Assembly: GCA_041645325.1 (NCBI GenBank)
Contig: JBAZQI010000002.1
Location: forward strand, 8,850-72,849
DNA: 64,000 nucleotides
Direction: 5' to 3'
From: an archaeon
GTDB lineage: Archaea > Iainarchaeota > Iainarchaeia > Iainarchaeales > GCA-2688035
Below, in pieces: positions 55,796 to 64,000 of this stretch. The notes beneath the pieces are model-generated. The model was not told where the DNA came from. It ran no database searches and saw only the letters and a list, made by a program, of their open reading frames with translations. Both the position numbers and the translations under genes were made by a program. Numbering within the stretch: position 1 is the stretch's first letter; each line of letters begins with the position of its first letter.

Positions 55796-56443
55796 TTACT
55801 TCCCTTCAATCAGCCTGCTTTTGATTACTTCGACCCTTTTAATGGGCGCAATCTTTGTCAAATGCTTAAAAACCTTCGCGGCAATTGCGCCAAAAATCAT
55901 TTCCTGCGAGACCTCGACAAAAGGCTTTTTCTCCACCGCTTTTTCAACCATCTCGCCCATGCTTTTCCTGATGTCTGCTTCCTGCTGCCTTGACAGCTTT
56001 CTTGCCGACAAAGCAATGGTTTTCACGTGCACCTTCTTTTTGTCCGCGGTTTCAAGCGTCTGCACAATCTCAATCTTGCTTGTCCTTCTCCTCACAAGCC
56101 TGTTTACAAAGCCAGGGCTTGCCTCGTGGCCCAAGGTAATGCAGTTCGCATTGTTTCCCTCAACCCTTTCAATCCTGAACAGCACACTGATATAACGCTT
56201 CTGCCTCTGCCCTGCAAGCTGGCCCAAATCAACCCTTATAATCCTGCCTTCAACGTTCTTGGGCTTTTCCCCGACCGTTTCGCCTATTATGGCCTTGCTA
56301 AACTCGTCAGGCGCAACAATGTTATACCACTGCTTTTTCTTCCACTTGTCAACAGTCCTGCCCTTTTTTGGCTTTGCCTTGGCCTGCTGTTTCTGCTCGG
56401 CCTCTTTTTCTTTTTTTTCCGCTTTTTCCGCCTTGTCAGCCAT
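55796..56443 (-). CDS. rps3ae: 30S ribosomal protein S3Ae (eS1)
   Basis: KKGRTVDKWKKKQWYNIVAPDEF...GRIIRVDLGQL matches eS1 (KK.K.VDPF.KK.WYD(I/V).AP..F). Start taken at MADKAEK. Confidence 0.85.
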   Translation of the reverse strand: MADKAEKAEKKEKEAEQKQQAKAKPKKGRTVDKWKKKQWYNIVAPDEFSKAIIGETVGEKPKNVEGRIIRVDLGQLAGQRQKRYISVLFRIERVEGNNANCITLGHEASPGFVNRLVRRRTSKIEIVQTLETADKKKVHVKTIALSARKLSRQQEADIRKSMGEMVEKAVEKKPFVEVSQEMIFGAIAAKVFKHLTKIAPIKRVEVIKSRLIEGK

Positions 56444-56574
56444 AAAAATCACTTCATTTTCACAACAATCGAATCAAGCTTTTTTGCAAGCCTTTCAATC
56501 TCTTCATTGCCCTCTTCCTTCAAAACCTCTTTTCCGTTCCTCTTCAAAACAAATTCATAATGCATTCAAAAACC

Positions 56575-57054
56575 CTATTTTGCAAGCAAGGAGGCTGTTT
56601 CCGCAGAATATCTCCATTCCATCGGCAGAACTCCCTTTTGCTTGTAATACTTTTCAAGCGCCTTGATTTTTGACACAGTGAGCATGAGGCCGCGCTTTGC
56701 GCTCATGTCCTTTTTGTTTTTTGCCAAGTGTTCCCTCAGGGTAACGCTTTTCCTTATAAGGCTCATCATGTCGTCCGGAATAGGCGGCAAAAGGCTGTGC
56801 TCCCTGAGAATCGCGCAAAGCTTTTTTCCCATTGCCTTGCCGACCATTGGAACGCCGTACTGGTCCCTTAAAATCATCCCTATTTCGGAAGCGCTGTGGC
56901 CCTCGTTTGCCAAATGCACTATAGCCTCGGTTATCTCCGCAGGCTTCAGTTCAACAAAATCCCTTTTCTGGTGCTTTCCCTTCTTCGGCCTGCGGTTTTT
57001 TTCATGTTCCACATGCCCTTCAGTTTCGCCTGAAACCGCTTCCTCCAAACTCAT
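56575..57054 (-). CDS. rps15: 30S ribosomal protein S15 (uS15)
   Basis: GHSASEIGMILRDQYGVP...LPPIPDDMMSLIRKSVTLREHLAKNKKDMSAKRGLMLTVSKIKALEKYY. Start placed at the first in-frame ATG (MSLEEAV), giving about 159 aa, typical of archaeal uS15. The ORF continues 144 codons upstream with no stop. Confidence 0.8.
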   Translation of the reverse strand: MSLEEAVSGETEGHVEHEKNRRPKKGKHQKRDFVELKPAEITEAIVHLANEGHSASEIGMILRDQYGVPMVGKAMGKKLCAILREHSLLPPIPDDMMSLIRKSVTLREHLAKNKKDMSAKRGLMLTVSKIKALEKYYKQKGVLPMEWRYSAETASLLAK

Positions 57055-57486
57055 TTCCTCTTCTTCGGCAGCATGCACGTGCCCTTTCTTTGCATGCCCG
57101 GCTTCCTCTTCCGCATAAGCCGCTTCTTCCTTATGGTTTTTTTCTGCATGCCTTTTCCCGTGCTCTTCGGCAGGCTCCTCTTCCCCCTTGGGCTCAATCT
57201 TCTTTTCATGCTTTTCATCTTTGGAAGCATGCTTTTTTTCGGCTTTATGGCTATCTTCCTTGGCCTTATGGCTGTCCTTTTTGGCTTTCTCTTCAGCCTT
57301 ATGGCTGTGCTTTTCTTCAGCCTTCTTTTCAGCATTCTCTTCTTTCTTTTCAGCCTTTTTCGCCAAAAAACTCACTCCCAATAGAGAGCTACCTTCCCGC
57401 CCCGCAAAGGCACGGGAAAGACGATAACAAAAATCGTAATAAGATTGGATTTGGAAACCTTTAAAAACAATGCGCCTTGCGCCCAA
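57055..57486 (-). repeat. In-frame K/E/H-rich tandem-repeat region upstream of rps15 (possible N-terminal extension)
   Basis: Nucleotide tandem repeats of 24-27 nt (GGCCTTATGGCTGTCC, AGCCTTATGGCTGTGC, GGCTTTATGGCTATC) encode ...EKHSHKAEEKAKKDSHKAKEDSHKAEKKHASKDEKHEKK... in frame with uS15. No ATG within the extension. Confidence 0.6.
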
Positions 57487-57569
57487 TTAGCGCTTTGTCC
57501 CTGCCTTATTCCCTGACAAAACCAATCCGCCTGTTTTTTGCGGTCATTTTGACGAAATGCCGCAGAGGC

Positions 57570-57791
57570 TTATTTGCTTAATAGTTCTGCTATTTCTGTT
57601 TCATTTAGCTTTGCTTGTTTCAATATCGCATTCAACGTTCCTTTTGATATTTCTTTGTGCATCGGAATTATTGCTTTTGCATTTCTTGAAATGGAAACCA
57701 TTTTGGCATGTGAGCCTTTTCTGCCATATATTTGAAAGCCTTTTCTTGAGAGAAACTTTGCCAGTTCCAAGCCAGAAACGGTTTTAGGCAT
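57570..57791 (-). CDS. hicA: HicA-family toxin-like protein
   Basis: 73 aa: GLELAKFLSRKGFQIYGRKGSHAKM...IPMHKEISKGTLNAILKQAKL fits HicA (KEL.K.L.K.GF.....KGSH.......VP.H.....GT...ILKQAGL). Confidence 0.6.
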   Translation of the reverse strand: MPKTVSGLELAKFLSRKGFQIYGRKGSHAKMVSISRNAKAIIPMHKEISKGTLNAILKQAKLNETEIAELLSK

Positions 57792-58008
57792 GCATTAGAA
57801 CCTTTGCCTTAAATTCAACAACTTCGCGTTTTTCCGGCAAGCCTATAGGGTCACATTCAAGAAAGAGTTCAACAGCCTCTTTAAGGTTCTTTAATGCGCT
57901 TTTCCTTGTTTTTCCTTGGGATGCAACTCCAAGCTCCGGGCAATAGGAAACAAACCACTTTTCTTCTTTCGTAAGAACCGCTGAAAACTTTTGTTCCATC
58001 AACATCAC
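57784..58008 (-). CDS. hicB: HicB-family antitoxin-like protein (UPF0150-type)
   Basis: 74 aa: KFSAVLTKEEKWFVSYCPELGVASQGKTRKSALKNLKEAVELFLE fits the HicB N-domain (Y..V.E.E..G.Y.A..P.L.G..SQG.T.EEA..N.KEA..L.LE). Overlaps hicA by 8 nt. Confidence 0.6.
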   Translation of the reverse strand: MMLMEQKFSAVLTKEEKWFVSYCPELGVASQGKTRKSALKNLKEAVELFLECDPIGLPEKREVVEFKAKVLMHA

Positions 58009-58134
58009 AAAGATATATTGCCAGCGTAATATAAAAACATTTGTTATTTTTTCGGCATTTGACGCCTAGCTTGGCCATACCAATAAGCATTTCCAGTCTG
58101 ATTGCGCACGAAGGAAAAACAGGGGACCTGCTGT

Positions 58135-59058
58135 TTAAATCTCCCCCGCGAGGTATCTCAGGGCTTTTTGCTTGTAGGCCTTGGCGCCCTCTGTCTTTGG
58201 CCTGAAATTTTTCACAAGGACATCCATGTCCGCCTTGCATTCCAAGCCATGAGCAAAAAACTTTTCTGCTATTTCAATTGCCCAGGGACTTCTTTCCTCG
58301 AGGGCTGCGATAAACACCTTGGTTTCCGCCATGTACTTTTCAAGTGTGGGCAGGACTTCCTTTGGGTAATACTGCTTTGCAGGAATCGTGTCAATTGGCT
58401 TTCTGTCCCTGTAGATTCCCGGGTTTTCTCCGTACATTATTTCGTCCCTCGCGTCCTTCAGGATGAGCCATATCTTTGCTTCCCTCTCGGCTTCCTGTCT
58501 GGAAATCCCCCTTTCTTGCATTACTGCCGCCATTTGCCTGAAGCGCCTGACTCTGTCGGGAAGCTCGGCATTTGCAGCGCATGTCCTGAATACGCCCCAT
58601 GCGCCGTTCTCATCCAGCCTGTCTCCAAAGAACACGGCGTCCTTGACCGGGTCAGACAGTTTTCTTTTTCCGCCTTTTACGGCCGGCACTCCGTGGAAGG
58701 CCATTGCCCCCGTTATCCTACCCCTTGTCCTTTTTCCAACCCTGTCCCTGAGCATTTCTCCCGTTCTTTTTGCAGACGCAAGGCCGTGTTCCTTTCCAGT
58801 TCTCACCAGGTCGTGGCCTATTGCGCCAAGCTCCCCGAGGTTCATTTGTTTTTGGGTCGCCCCGATTTTTTCGAGGTACCACCTTGCGTTCCTCGCCACA
58901 TTCAATTGGTGTGAAATGCCGTGAGCCGGCATTTTCCTGACCCTTCTTGCGTTTGCTCTCCGCAAAGCACCGAGTAAAAAAGCCTTTCTTTCGCTGTGCA
59001 TTTCGTTGTGCTTGAGTACACTCTGTCCTTTGGGGTTGACTCGCTTTCTTTTGTCCAT
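58135..59058 (-). CDS. HD-domain phosphohydrolase-like protein
   Basis: H...H (AHGISHQLNVARNARW) followed by IGHDLVRTGKEHG gives an HD motif. 307 aa with a basic N-terminus. Confidence 0.55.
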   Translation of the reverse strand: MDKRKRVNPKGQSVLKHNEMHSERKAFLLGALRRANARRVRKMPAHGISHQLNVARNARWYLEKIGATQKQMNLGELGAIGHDLVRTGKEHGLASAKRTGEMLRDRVGKRTRGRITGAMAFHGVPAVKGGKRKLSDPVKDAVFFGDRLDENGAWGVFRTCAANAELPDRVRRFRQMAAVMQERGISRQEAEREAKIWLILKDARDEIMYGENPGIYRDRKPIDTIPAKQYYPKEVLPTLEKYMAETKVFIAALEERSPWAIEIAEKFFAHGLECKADMDVLVKNFRPKTEGAKAYKQKALRYLAGEI

Positions 59059-59105
59059 AGTAAAAACTGCTTTCCCCTGCTATATTAAGCTTGGCTTTTG
59101 GAATT

Positions 59106-59708
59106 TCAATGGTACCTTACCCTTGCCTCAACCTTTTCCATTTGCCCCAGAACATCCTTTTTGCCGCCTTTTGCAAGATAGCCTTCCAGAATTAGTTCCC
59201 AGCCTTTGGGCATGAGTTCACAGTGGGTTGCCTCAAAGGTCTTTTTGAAAACAAGCAAATCAACAGCCTTGTCCTCTGCCTTGGCAGAGCTTTTTCCAAG
59301 GCCAAAGTCAATAAAGTAAAGCTCTCCGCCTTTCACAAGAATGTTGCTTGTAGTAAGGTCGCCATGAACCAGATTTGATTCGTGCATTAATGCAATGATT
59401 TCCCCAACCTGCCTGCACAATTCAATGTTCTCTTTTTCCAGAACGTCCTTTAGGCGTTTTCCTTCAATGAACTCCATTGCAATTTCTTTTTTGCCTTTGT
59501 CAATGCCATAAATCATCGGTGTTTTCACGCCAATGCTTCTTGCCTTCCTCAAAAGGCTTGCTTCGCTGTTCGTCCTCGTGCTCCTGAGCAAATCGTCAAG
59601 CTCTTTGCACCTGTAGCCCTTTGGAACGCGCTGTTTCAAAAGTGCCGGCTTTCCCTCAAATTCTGTTTTGAAAAGCTTTGCCTCTGCTCCCTGTGCAATG
59701 AGTTTCAT
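59106..59708 (-). CDS. bud32: Kae1-associated kinase Bud32 (KEOPS complex)
   Basis: LIAQGAEAKLFK, YRCKELDDLLRSTRTNSEASLLRKARSIGVKTP, catalytic LVHGDLTTSNIL and YFIDFGLG; about 200 aa. Start moved to MKLIAQGAEAK. Confidence 0.85.
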   Translation of the reverse strand: MKLIAQGAEAKLFKTEFEGKPALLKQRVPKGYRCKELDDLLRSTRTNSEASLLRKARSIGVKTPMIYGIDKGKKEIAMEFIEGKRLKDVLEKENIELCRQVGEIIALMHESNLVHGDLTTSNILVKGGELYFIDFGLGKSSAKAEDKAVDLLVFKKTFEATHCELMPKGWELILEGYLAKGGKKDVLGQMEKVEARVRYH

Positions 59709-59719
59709 AAAAACCAGTT

Positions 59720-62119
59720 TTAATAGCAAAGTTCAACCCTGAACTCTTTTGCCTTTTTTATCTCAAGGGCCTGAACAGCCATTGTCCTCTTTATTGCTTC
59801 TTCACCGAGGCGCAGCCTTTCCGGCTCTTCAACGGAAACAATTGCCTTTGCAACAGGCGCATTCAGGGGTTTTCTTGCATCGCTTTTCTGCTTTCTCATT
59901 TCTGCCACAGCCTGGTTTATCAGCGCGCCTGTTTTTTCGGCTTCCTCATCAATGAAACTTTCATCAGCTTCAGGCCATTTCTCCAAGCTTACGCTCTTGC
60001 CAGCAAGCATTTCCTTAAAATTTGCGTGCGCAATTTCTTCAGCAGTGTGCGGCAGGAAAGGCGTGAGCAAGAGAAGCGTTTTCCAGGCAACCTCACGCAG
60101 CACTGCAGCCGCAATCTTTCCGGTTTCATCTTCCTTGCAGTAAACCCTTGTTTTCACTTCTTCAATGTAAAAGTCCGCGAATTCAAGCCAGAAAAAGTTC
60201 CTGGCAGGGTTAAGGCACTTGCTGAACTCAAAGTTTTCAAAGGCCTCTGTGCACTCCTTTATGGTGCGGTTCAGCCTGCTCAAAATAGCCTTGTCTTCAG
60301 GCAAAAGCTTTTTCCTGTCAATCTTTTCGGTCTTCACGCCCTTGGTTGCCATTGCCACAAAGTTGTTTGCGTTCAGCATTTTTGTCACAAACTTTTTGCC
60401 TGCAACCATTTCTTTTTCCTGGAACGGCACATCTTCGCCCAAAACAGGCAGGCCTGCCCAGTACCTCAGGGCATCTGCACAGTACTTTGAGGTCATTTCC
60501 TCCGGCTTCACGACATTGCCCAGGCTTTTTGACATTTTCTTGCCGTGCGGGTCAAGCGCCCAGCCGTTTATCGTGATTGTTTTCCAGGGCAGCTCATGCT
60601 GGTGGAACAACGCCTTTACAATTGTGTTGAATGCCCACAATGCTATTATGTCATGGCCCTGGGGCCTCAAGTCCATTGGGAACATTTTTTTGAAGAAAGC
60701 CTTGTCCTCAACCCATTTGCAGTTAATCTGCGGCGTCAGGCTGCTTGTGAACCATGTGTCAAACGTGTCCTTTTCCCCCTCAAAGTCCTGGCAGCCGCAT
60801 TTGCATTTTCGCAGAGGCTTGTCCTTGAGCGGGTCAACAGGCAATTGCTTTTCATCAGCCAAAACAACCGAACCGCATTTTTTGCAGTACCAAACAGGGA
60901 ACGGTATGCCGTAATACCTTTGCCTTGAAATATTCCAATCCCATTTCAGTCCATTGATCCAATTATCAAGCCTTTTCCGCATGTATGCCGGAACCCATTG
61001 CAGTTGCCCTGCTTTTGCAATAAATTCATCCCGCAGGTCGAGATAGCGGATAAACCACTGCTTTGCCGTGAGTATTTCAATCGGCGTCTTGCATCTCTCA
61101 TGCACATTTACAACATGCTTTATAGGCTCCTGCTTTATCAAATGCCCGCTCTTTTTCAACTCCCCAATTATCTTCTCTCTTGCTTCTTTTGTCCTCAATC
61201 CCCGCAAAATGCCGGCTTTTTCATTGAATGTTCCATCCTTGTCAATTATTTCAATTACAGGCAAATTCGTTTCAAGAATCCATTCAACATCATCAAGGTC
61301 GCCAAAAGTGCAGTGGTATACTGCGCCTGTCCCAAATTCAGGGTCAACACCCTTGTTTGCAAAAACCTTTACCGTCCTGCCGTTAGTGAATGGAATCTTT
61401 ACTTCTTTTCCGATGAAGCGCTGGTATCTTTTGTCATCCGGGTGAACGTGCACTGCAACGCATGCAGGCATCAATTCAGGCCTTGTTGTTGCAATTGTTA
61501 TCTTTTCCCCATCGGTTGTTTCGAATTGAATATAATTGAAGCTGCTTTCCTCCTCCCTGTCCTCCAGCTCAGCCTGGGATATTGCGGTAGCGCAGTTCGG
61601 GCACCACATCGCCGGCGCGTCTTTTTGGTAAAGCCTTTCCTGCCTGTGCAAATCCAAAAAGCTGTATTGCGCGGTTTTTCTTGCCAATTTGTCAATGGTC
61701 CTGTAAAGAAGGCTCCAGTCAATGCTCAAGCCAATGCTTTTGAATGCGGCGAGCATTTTTGCCTCTTCTTCGGCTGTGCCCTCCAAAACTATTTTTATGA
61801 ATTCGTCCCTTGAAAAGTTTTTTTGCTTTATGCCCCTCTTCTTTTCAACCATCAAGGCCGTGGCCAATCCGTTGTTGTCAAAGCCGAACGGGTGAAAAAC
61901 CTCAAAGCCGCGCATTTTCTTGTAGCGTGCAATGAAGTCCTGCTGTGTGAATGCAAAGGCATGGCCCAGGTGCATTGTGCCTGAGACAGTCGGCGGCGGC
62001 GAGTCAACACTGTAAACCTTTTTCCTGCTTTTTGCATCAAACTTGTAGATTTGCTCGCTTTCCCAGTACTTTTGCCACTTTTTTTCCATTTCCTGCAAAT
62101 CCAAAGCCATGCCAGCCAA
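59720..62119 (-). CDS. valS: Valyl-tRNA synthetase (class I aaRS)
   Basis: PPPTVSGTMHLGHAF (HIGH-type motif in the ValRS-typical PPPTVSG context), KMSKSLGNVV, and a CP1 editing-like insert. 799 aa. Confidence 0.8.
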   Translation of the reverse strand: MAGMALDLQEMEKKWQKYWESEQIYKFDAKSRKKVYSVDSPPPTVSGTMHLGHAFAFTQQDFIARYKKMRGFEVFHPFGFDNNGLATALMVEKKRGIKQKNFSRDEFIKIVLEGTAEEEAKMLAAFKSIGLSIDWSLLYRTIDKLARKTAQYSFLDLHRQERLYQKDAPAMWCPNCATAISQAELEDREEESSFNYIQFETTDGEKITIATTRPELMPACVAVHVHPDDKRYQRFIGKEVKIPFTNGRTVKVFANKGVDPEFGTGAVYHCTFGDLDDVEWILETNLPVIEIIDKDGTFNEKAGILRGLRTKEAREKIIGELKKSGHLIKQEPIKHVVNVHERCKTPIEILTAKQWFIRYLDLRDEFIAKAGQLQWVPAYMRKRLDNWINGLKWDWNISRQRYYGIPFPVWYCKKCGSVVLADEKQLPVDPLKDKPLRKCKCGCQDFEGEKDTFDTWFTSSLTPQINCKWVEDKAFFKKMFPMDLRPQGHDIIALWAFNTIVKALFHQHELPWKTITINGWALDPHGKKMSKSLGNVVKPEEMTSKYCADALRYWAGLPVLGEDVPFQEKEMVAGKKFVTKMLNANNFVAMATKGVKTEKIDRKKLLPEDKAILSRLNRTIKECTEAFENFEFSKCLNPARNFFWLEFADFYIEEVKTRVYCKEDETGKIAAAVLREVAWKTLLLLTPFLPHTAEEIAHANFKEMLAGKSVSLEKWPEADESFIDEEAEKTGALINQAVAEMRKQKSDARKPLNAPVAKAIVSVEEPERLRLGEEAIKRTMAVQALEIKKAKEFRVELCY

Positions 62120-62225
62120 ACCCCTTAAATCGCCTTTAGAGAAATTCGGAAGGAAATTAATTTAAAGGCAATTTAAGGCGCCTTTGCGCAGGAGGGATAA
62201 GAATAAAAACCGCGCAATCCTATTT

Positions 62226-62885
62226 ATGCCTATGGCCTCTTTTAAGGTTTTCAAGGCAGGCACTTTTGCCCTCACAATAATTGCGGTTTTGCTCGCTTTC
62301 CTGGTTTATGCGACCCTGCCGCCAGCAGTGCCAACTCACTGGAACATGTGGGGCGAAGTTGACGGCTTTGGCCCAAGCTGGTTCGCAGCCTTCCTTATTC
62401 CAATCATGATGGTTTTTGTGCTTTTGCTGTTCGTAATAATTCCCATAATCGAGGTTTTCAAGAAAAACCTTCATTCCTTTGAAAGGCAATACTGGATTCT
62501 CGGCTATGCAATACAATTGTTCTTCCTGCTTTTTTTTGCAATAACCCTTTTGCCAGACTATGGCTATGTATTCAACTTCAACCAGCTTTTCATGCTGCCA
62601 ATGGCAATGCTTTTCATAACAATCGGCGTTTTGCTGCCTTCATTCAAAAGAAACTTTCTTGTCGGCATAAGGACTCCCTGGACGCTTGCCAATGACACAG
62701 TGTGGAAAAAAACCCATGATCTAGGCGGAAAAGCATTCATACTCGCAGGCTTTGCCCTGCTCATAAGCCTGCCTTTCCCAAACGCAATCTTTTTCGTTCT
62801 CATTGCCGATGTAATCCTTGTTCTTGCCGCAACAGTCCTGTACTCCTACCTTGAATACAGGAAAAACCCAAAAGCAGACCTATAA
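62226..62885 (+). CDS. SdpI/YhfL-family membrane protein (DUF1648 + SdpI domains)
   Basis: PTHWNMWGEVDGFGPS (DUF1648-like) and GIRTPWTLANDTVWKKTHDLGGKAF (SdpI/YhfL signature), with about 6 TM helices. Start taken at MPMASFKV. Confidence 0.6.
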   Translation: MPMASFKVFKAGTFALTIIAVLLAFLVYATLPPAVPTHWNMWGEVDGFGPSWFAAFLIPIMMVFVLLLFVIIPIIEVFKKNLHSFERQYWILGYAIQLFFLLFFAITLLPDYGYVFNFNQLFMLPMAMLFITIGVLLPSFKRNFLVGIRTPWTLANDTVWKKTHDLGGKAFILAGFALLISLPFPNAIFFVLIADVILVLAATVLYSYLEYRKNPKADL

Positions 62886-63040
62886 AAGCCTTTTTGCCTC
62901 ACGGCAAAAAGCCTTGGGAAAGAAAGAAGCCTTTTTTGCTTGGGCAAAAAAGCCTTGGGAAAACCAAAACATAGAAAAGCAAAAGCTTTTCGTGCCTCGT
63001 ACCCTGCAGGGTACTCGGTCGCTGTTGCGATTTTAAGCCT
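62886..63040. repeat. Intergenic repeat cluster: two copies of the AAAAGCCTTGGGAAA motif, hairpins, and palindrome CCTCGTACCCTGCAGGGTACTCGG
   Basis: Motif copies at about 62906-62926 and 62947-62964. Hairpin TTTTGCCTCACGGCAAAA. The 62995-63018 palindrome matches 10813-10836. Lies between convergent 3' ends. Confidence 0.8.
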
Positions 63041-63280
63041 TTTTTGCCCTGCTACATGCAGAAGCAAAGTTTTAGCGCCCTCTTGATTGCTCCCGAAATT
63101 AATTCCTTACTATTTTTTACTATTTCAGATAGGATTGGTACTATTATCTGGTTTACTTTTTCTGATTCTATCTCCGATATTATACCTCTGATATTTTCAC
63201 TTATATTATCCCCTCCTATAGGGGAGAACAAGAGGGCTAAAACTTTTACCTTAATTTTATTAAGTATTTCTTCGCTTTCC

Positions 63281-64000
63281 CTACCCGAACTTTTTCTTCA
63301 CTTTTTCAAAAAAGCCTTTCCTTTCTTTTTTCAATGCGTCTTCTTTTGCAAGCTCTTCAAAAAGCTTCCTCTGCCTTGCGCTCATTTTTTTCGGCGTCTG
63401 CACAATAACCTTGACATACTCGTCTCCAAAGCCCTGTTCTTCCAGCTTTTTTATGCCCTTGCCCCTGAGCCTGAAAATCGTTCCGGCTTGCGTGGCAGGA
63501 GGAATGTTTACCGTTGCCTCGCCCTTCAAGGTGGGAACGTCAAGCATTGTTCCAAGTGCAGCCTCGGAAAAGGAAATCGGCATTTCCGCAAAAATATCGG
63601 CGCCATCCCTCTTGAATACCCCGCTTGGCTCAACAAATATGACTGCAAACAGGTCACCTGCCTTTCCTCCCCTGATGCCTGCATTGCCCTCGCCCTGAAG
63701 CCTCAAATGGTTGCCTGTGTCAATTCCGGCAGGAATTTTTATCTTTATTTCGCGCCTTGCCTTGACCCTGCCTTTTCCCTCGCATTTCGCACATGCCCTC
63801 TTGAACACGCTTCCGGAACCATTGCATTTCGGGCAAATTCCCTGCGACACAAAAGAGCCGAATGGCGTGCGCCTGACCTGCCTTACCACGCCTGAACCGC
63901 GGCACTGGCTGCATTCTTCCTCGCCAAAGCCGCCTTTGCCTTTGCATTCCCCGCAGTCTTCAATGCGCGAAACCAAAACTGTTTTTTCCGTGCCAAAAGC
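63281..64000 (-). CDS. dnaJ: Chaperone DnaJ (C-terminal part; N-terminal J-domain lies beyond window end)
   Basis: Four CxxCxGxG zinc-finger repeats (CGECKGKG, CSQCRGSG, CPKCNGSG, CAKCEGKG) and the C-terminal beta domains. The reading frame is open to position 64000. Confidence 0.8.
   Translation of the reverse strand, partial: AFGTEKTVLVSRIEDCGECKGKGGFGEEECSQCRGSGVVRQVRRTPFGSFVSQGICPKCNGSGSVFKRACAKCEGKGRVKARREIKIKIPAGIDTGNHLRLQGEGNAGIRGGKAGDLFAVIFVEPSGVFKRDGADIFAEMPISFSEAALGTMLDVPTLKGEATVNIPPATQAGTIFRLRGKGIKKLEEQGFGDEYVKVIVQTPKKMSARQRKLFEELAKEDALKKERKGFFEKVKKKFG

Noticed and set aside
58102-58914. 270-aa + strand ORF overlapping the HD-domain gene
   Set aside because: Antisense to a better-supported ORF. 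No motifs.
63044-63895. 283-aa + strand ORF at the right end
   Set aside because: Mostly antisense to dnaJ (clear Zn-finger repeats). Its 5' part lies in AT-rich intergenic DNA.

Overview
This 64-kb window looks like a gene-dense stretch of an archaeal chromosome at roughly 45-48% GC. My guess is an uncultivated, possibly DPANN-like archaeon with small K/E-rich proteins and many surface proteins. I read everything directly from the sequence and the ORF track and ran no searches.

The core is clearly archaeal.
- **Left end:** a truncated HypC-like gene sits at the edge, followed by a ferredoxin-tautomerase-geranylgeranyl reductase (GGR) operon.
- **Next along:** an NFACT-N protein, a PRC-barrel protein, Taw1 (radical-SAM wyosine synthase) and AMMECR1.
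- **Core genes, 12-16.8 kb:** an AK6/Fap7 kinase, aCPSF1/FttA, proteasome beta and an FKBP PPIase.
- **Core genes, 22-31.5 kb:** NAC alpha and a Hel308 helicase.
- **Replication block:** SepF, then Orc1/Cdc6 convergent with a UPF0147-PolD small (DP1)-PolD large (DP2) operon.
- **Right end, 50-54 kb:** a NOG1 GTPase and SecF-SecD.
- **Right end, 54-57.5 kb:** a CDP-archaeol synthase gene immediately followed by a short archaeosortase-like gene, then DUF92, ribosomal S3Ae and S15.
- **Right end, 57.5-64 kb:** a HicAB pair, an HD hydrolase, Bud32, ValRS, an SdpI-family protein, and a DnaJ gene truncated at the edge.

The accessory content is dominated by secreted and surface proteins.
- Three paralogous lipobox (SGC) proteins carry Cys-rich N-terminal modules fused to an HExxH...DEY (M64-like) zinc-peptidase domain.
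- Several proteins end in a C-terminal TM plus basic tail, some PEF-like, which makes them candidate archaeosortase substrates.
- An 8.6-kb operon of three overlapping giant surface-protein genes (1502, 587 and 818 aa) lies downstream of a tandem array of five hairpin-plus-U-tract units.
- Other large secreted proteins include a 1000-aa lipoprotein and a PKD-domain protein with three ATDAH repeats.

Other things worth a second look:
- a dispersed intergenic 16-mer family AAAAGCCTTGGGAAAA, with 11 or more copies here;
- a ~70-bp double-hairpin module present twice at about 95% identity;
- a 144-codon in-frame K/E/H-rich tandem-repeat extension on uS15;
- two type II TA loci (RelE-like and HicAB), one sitting in an AT-rich islet that also has GGCAGTAAA direct repeats;
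- AT-rich compositional islands.

I did not recognise any rRNA, tRNA or CRISPR array.
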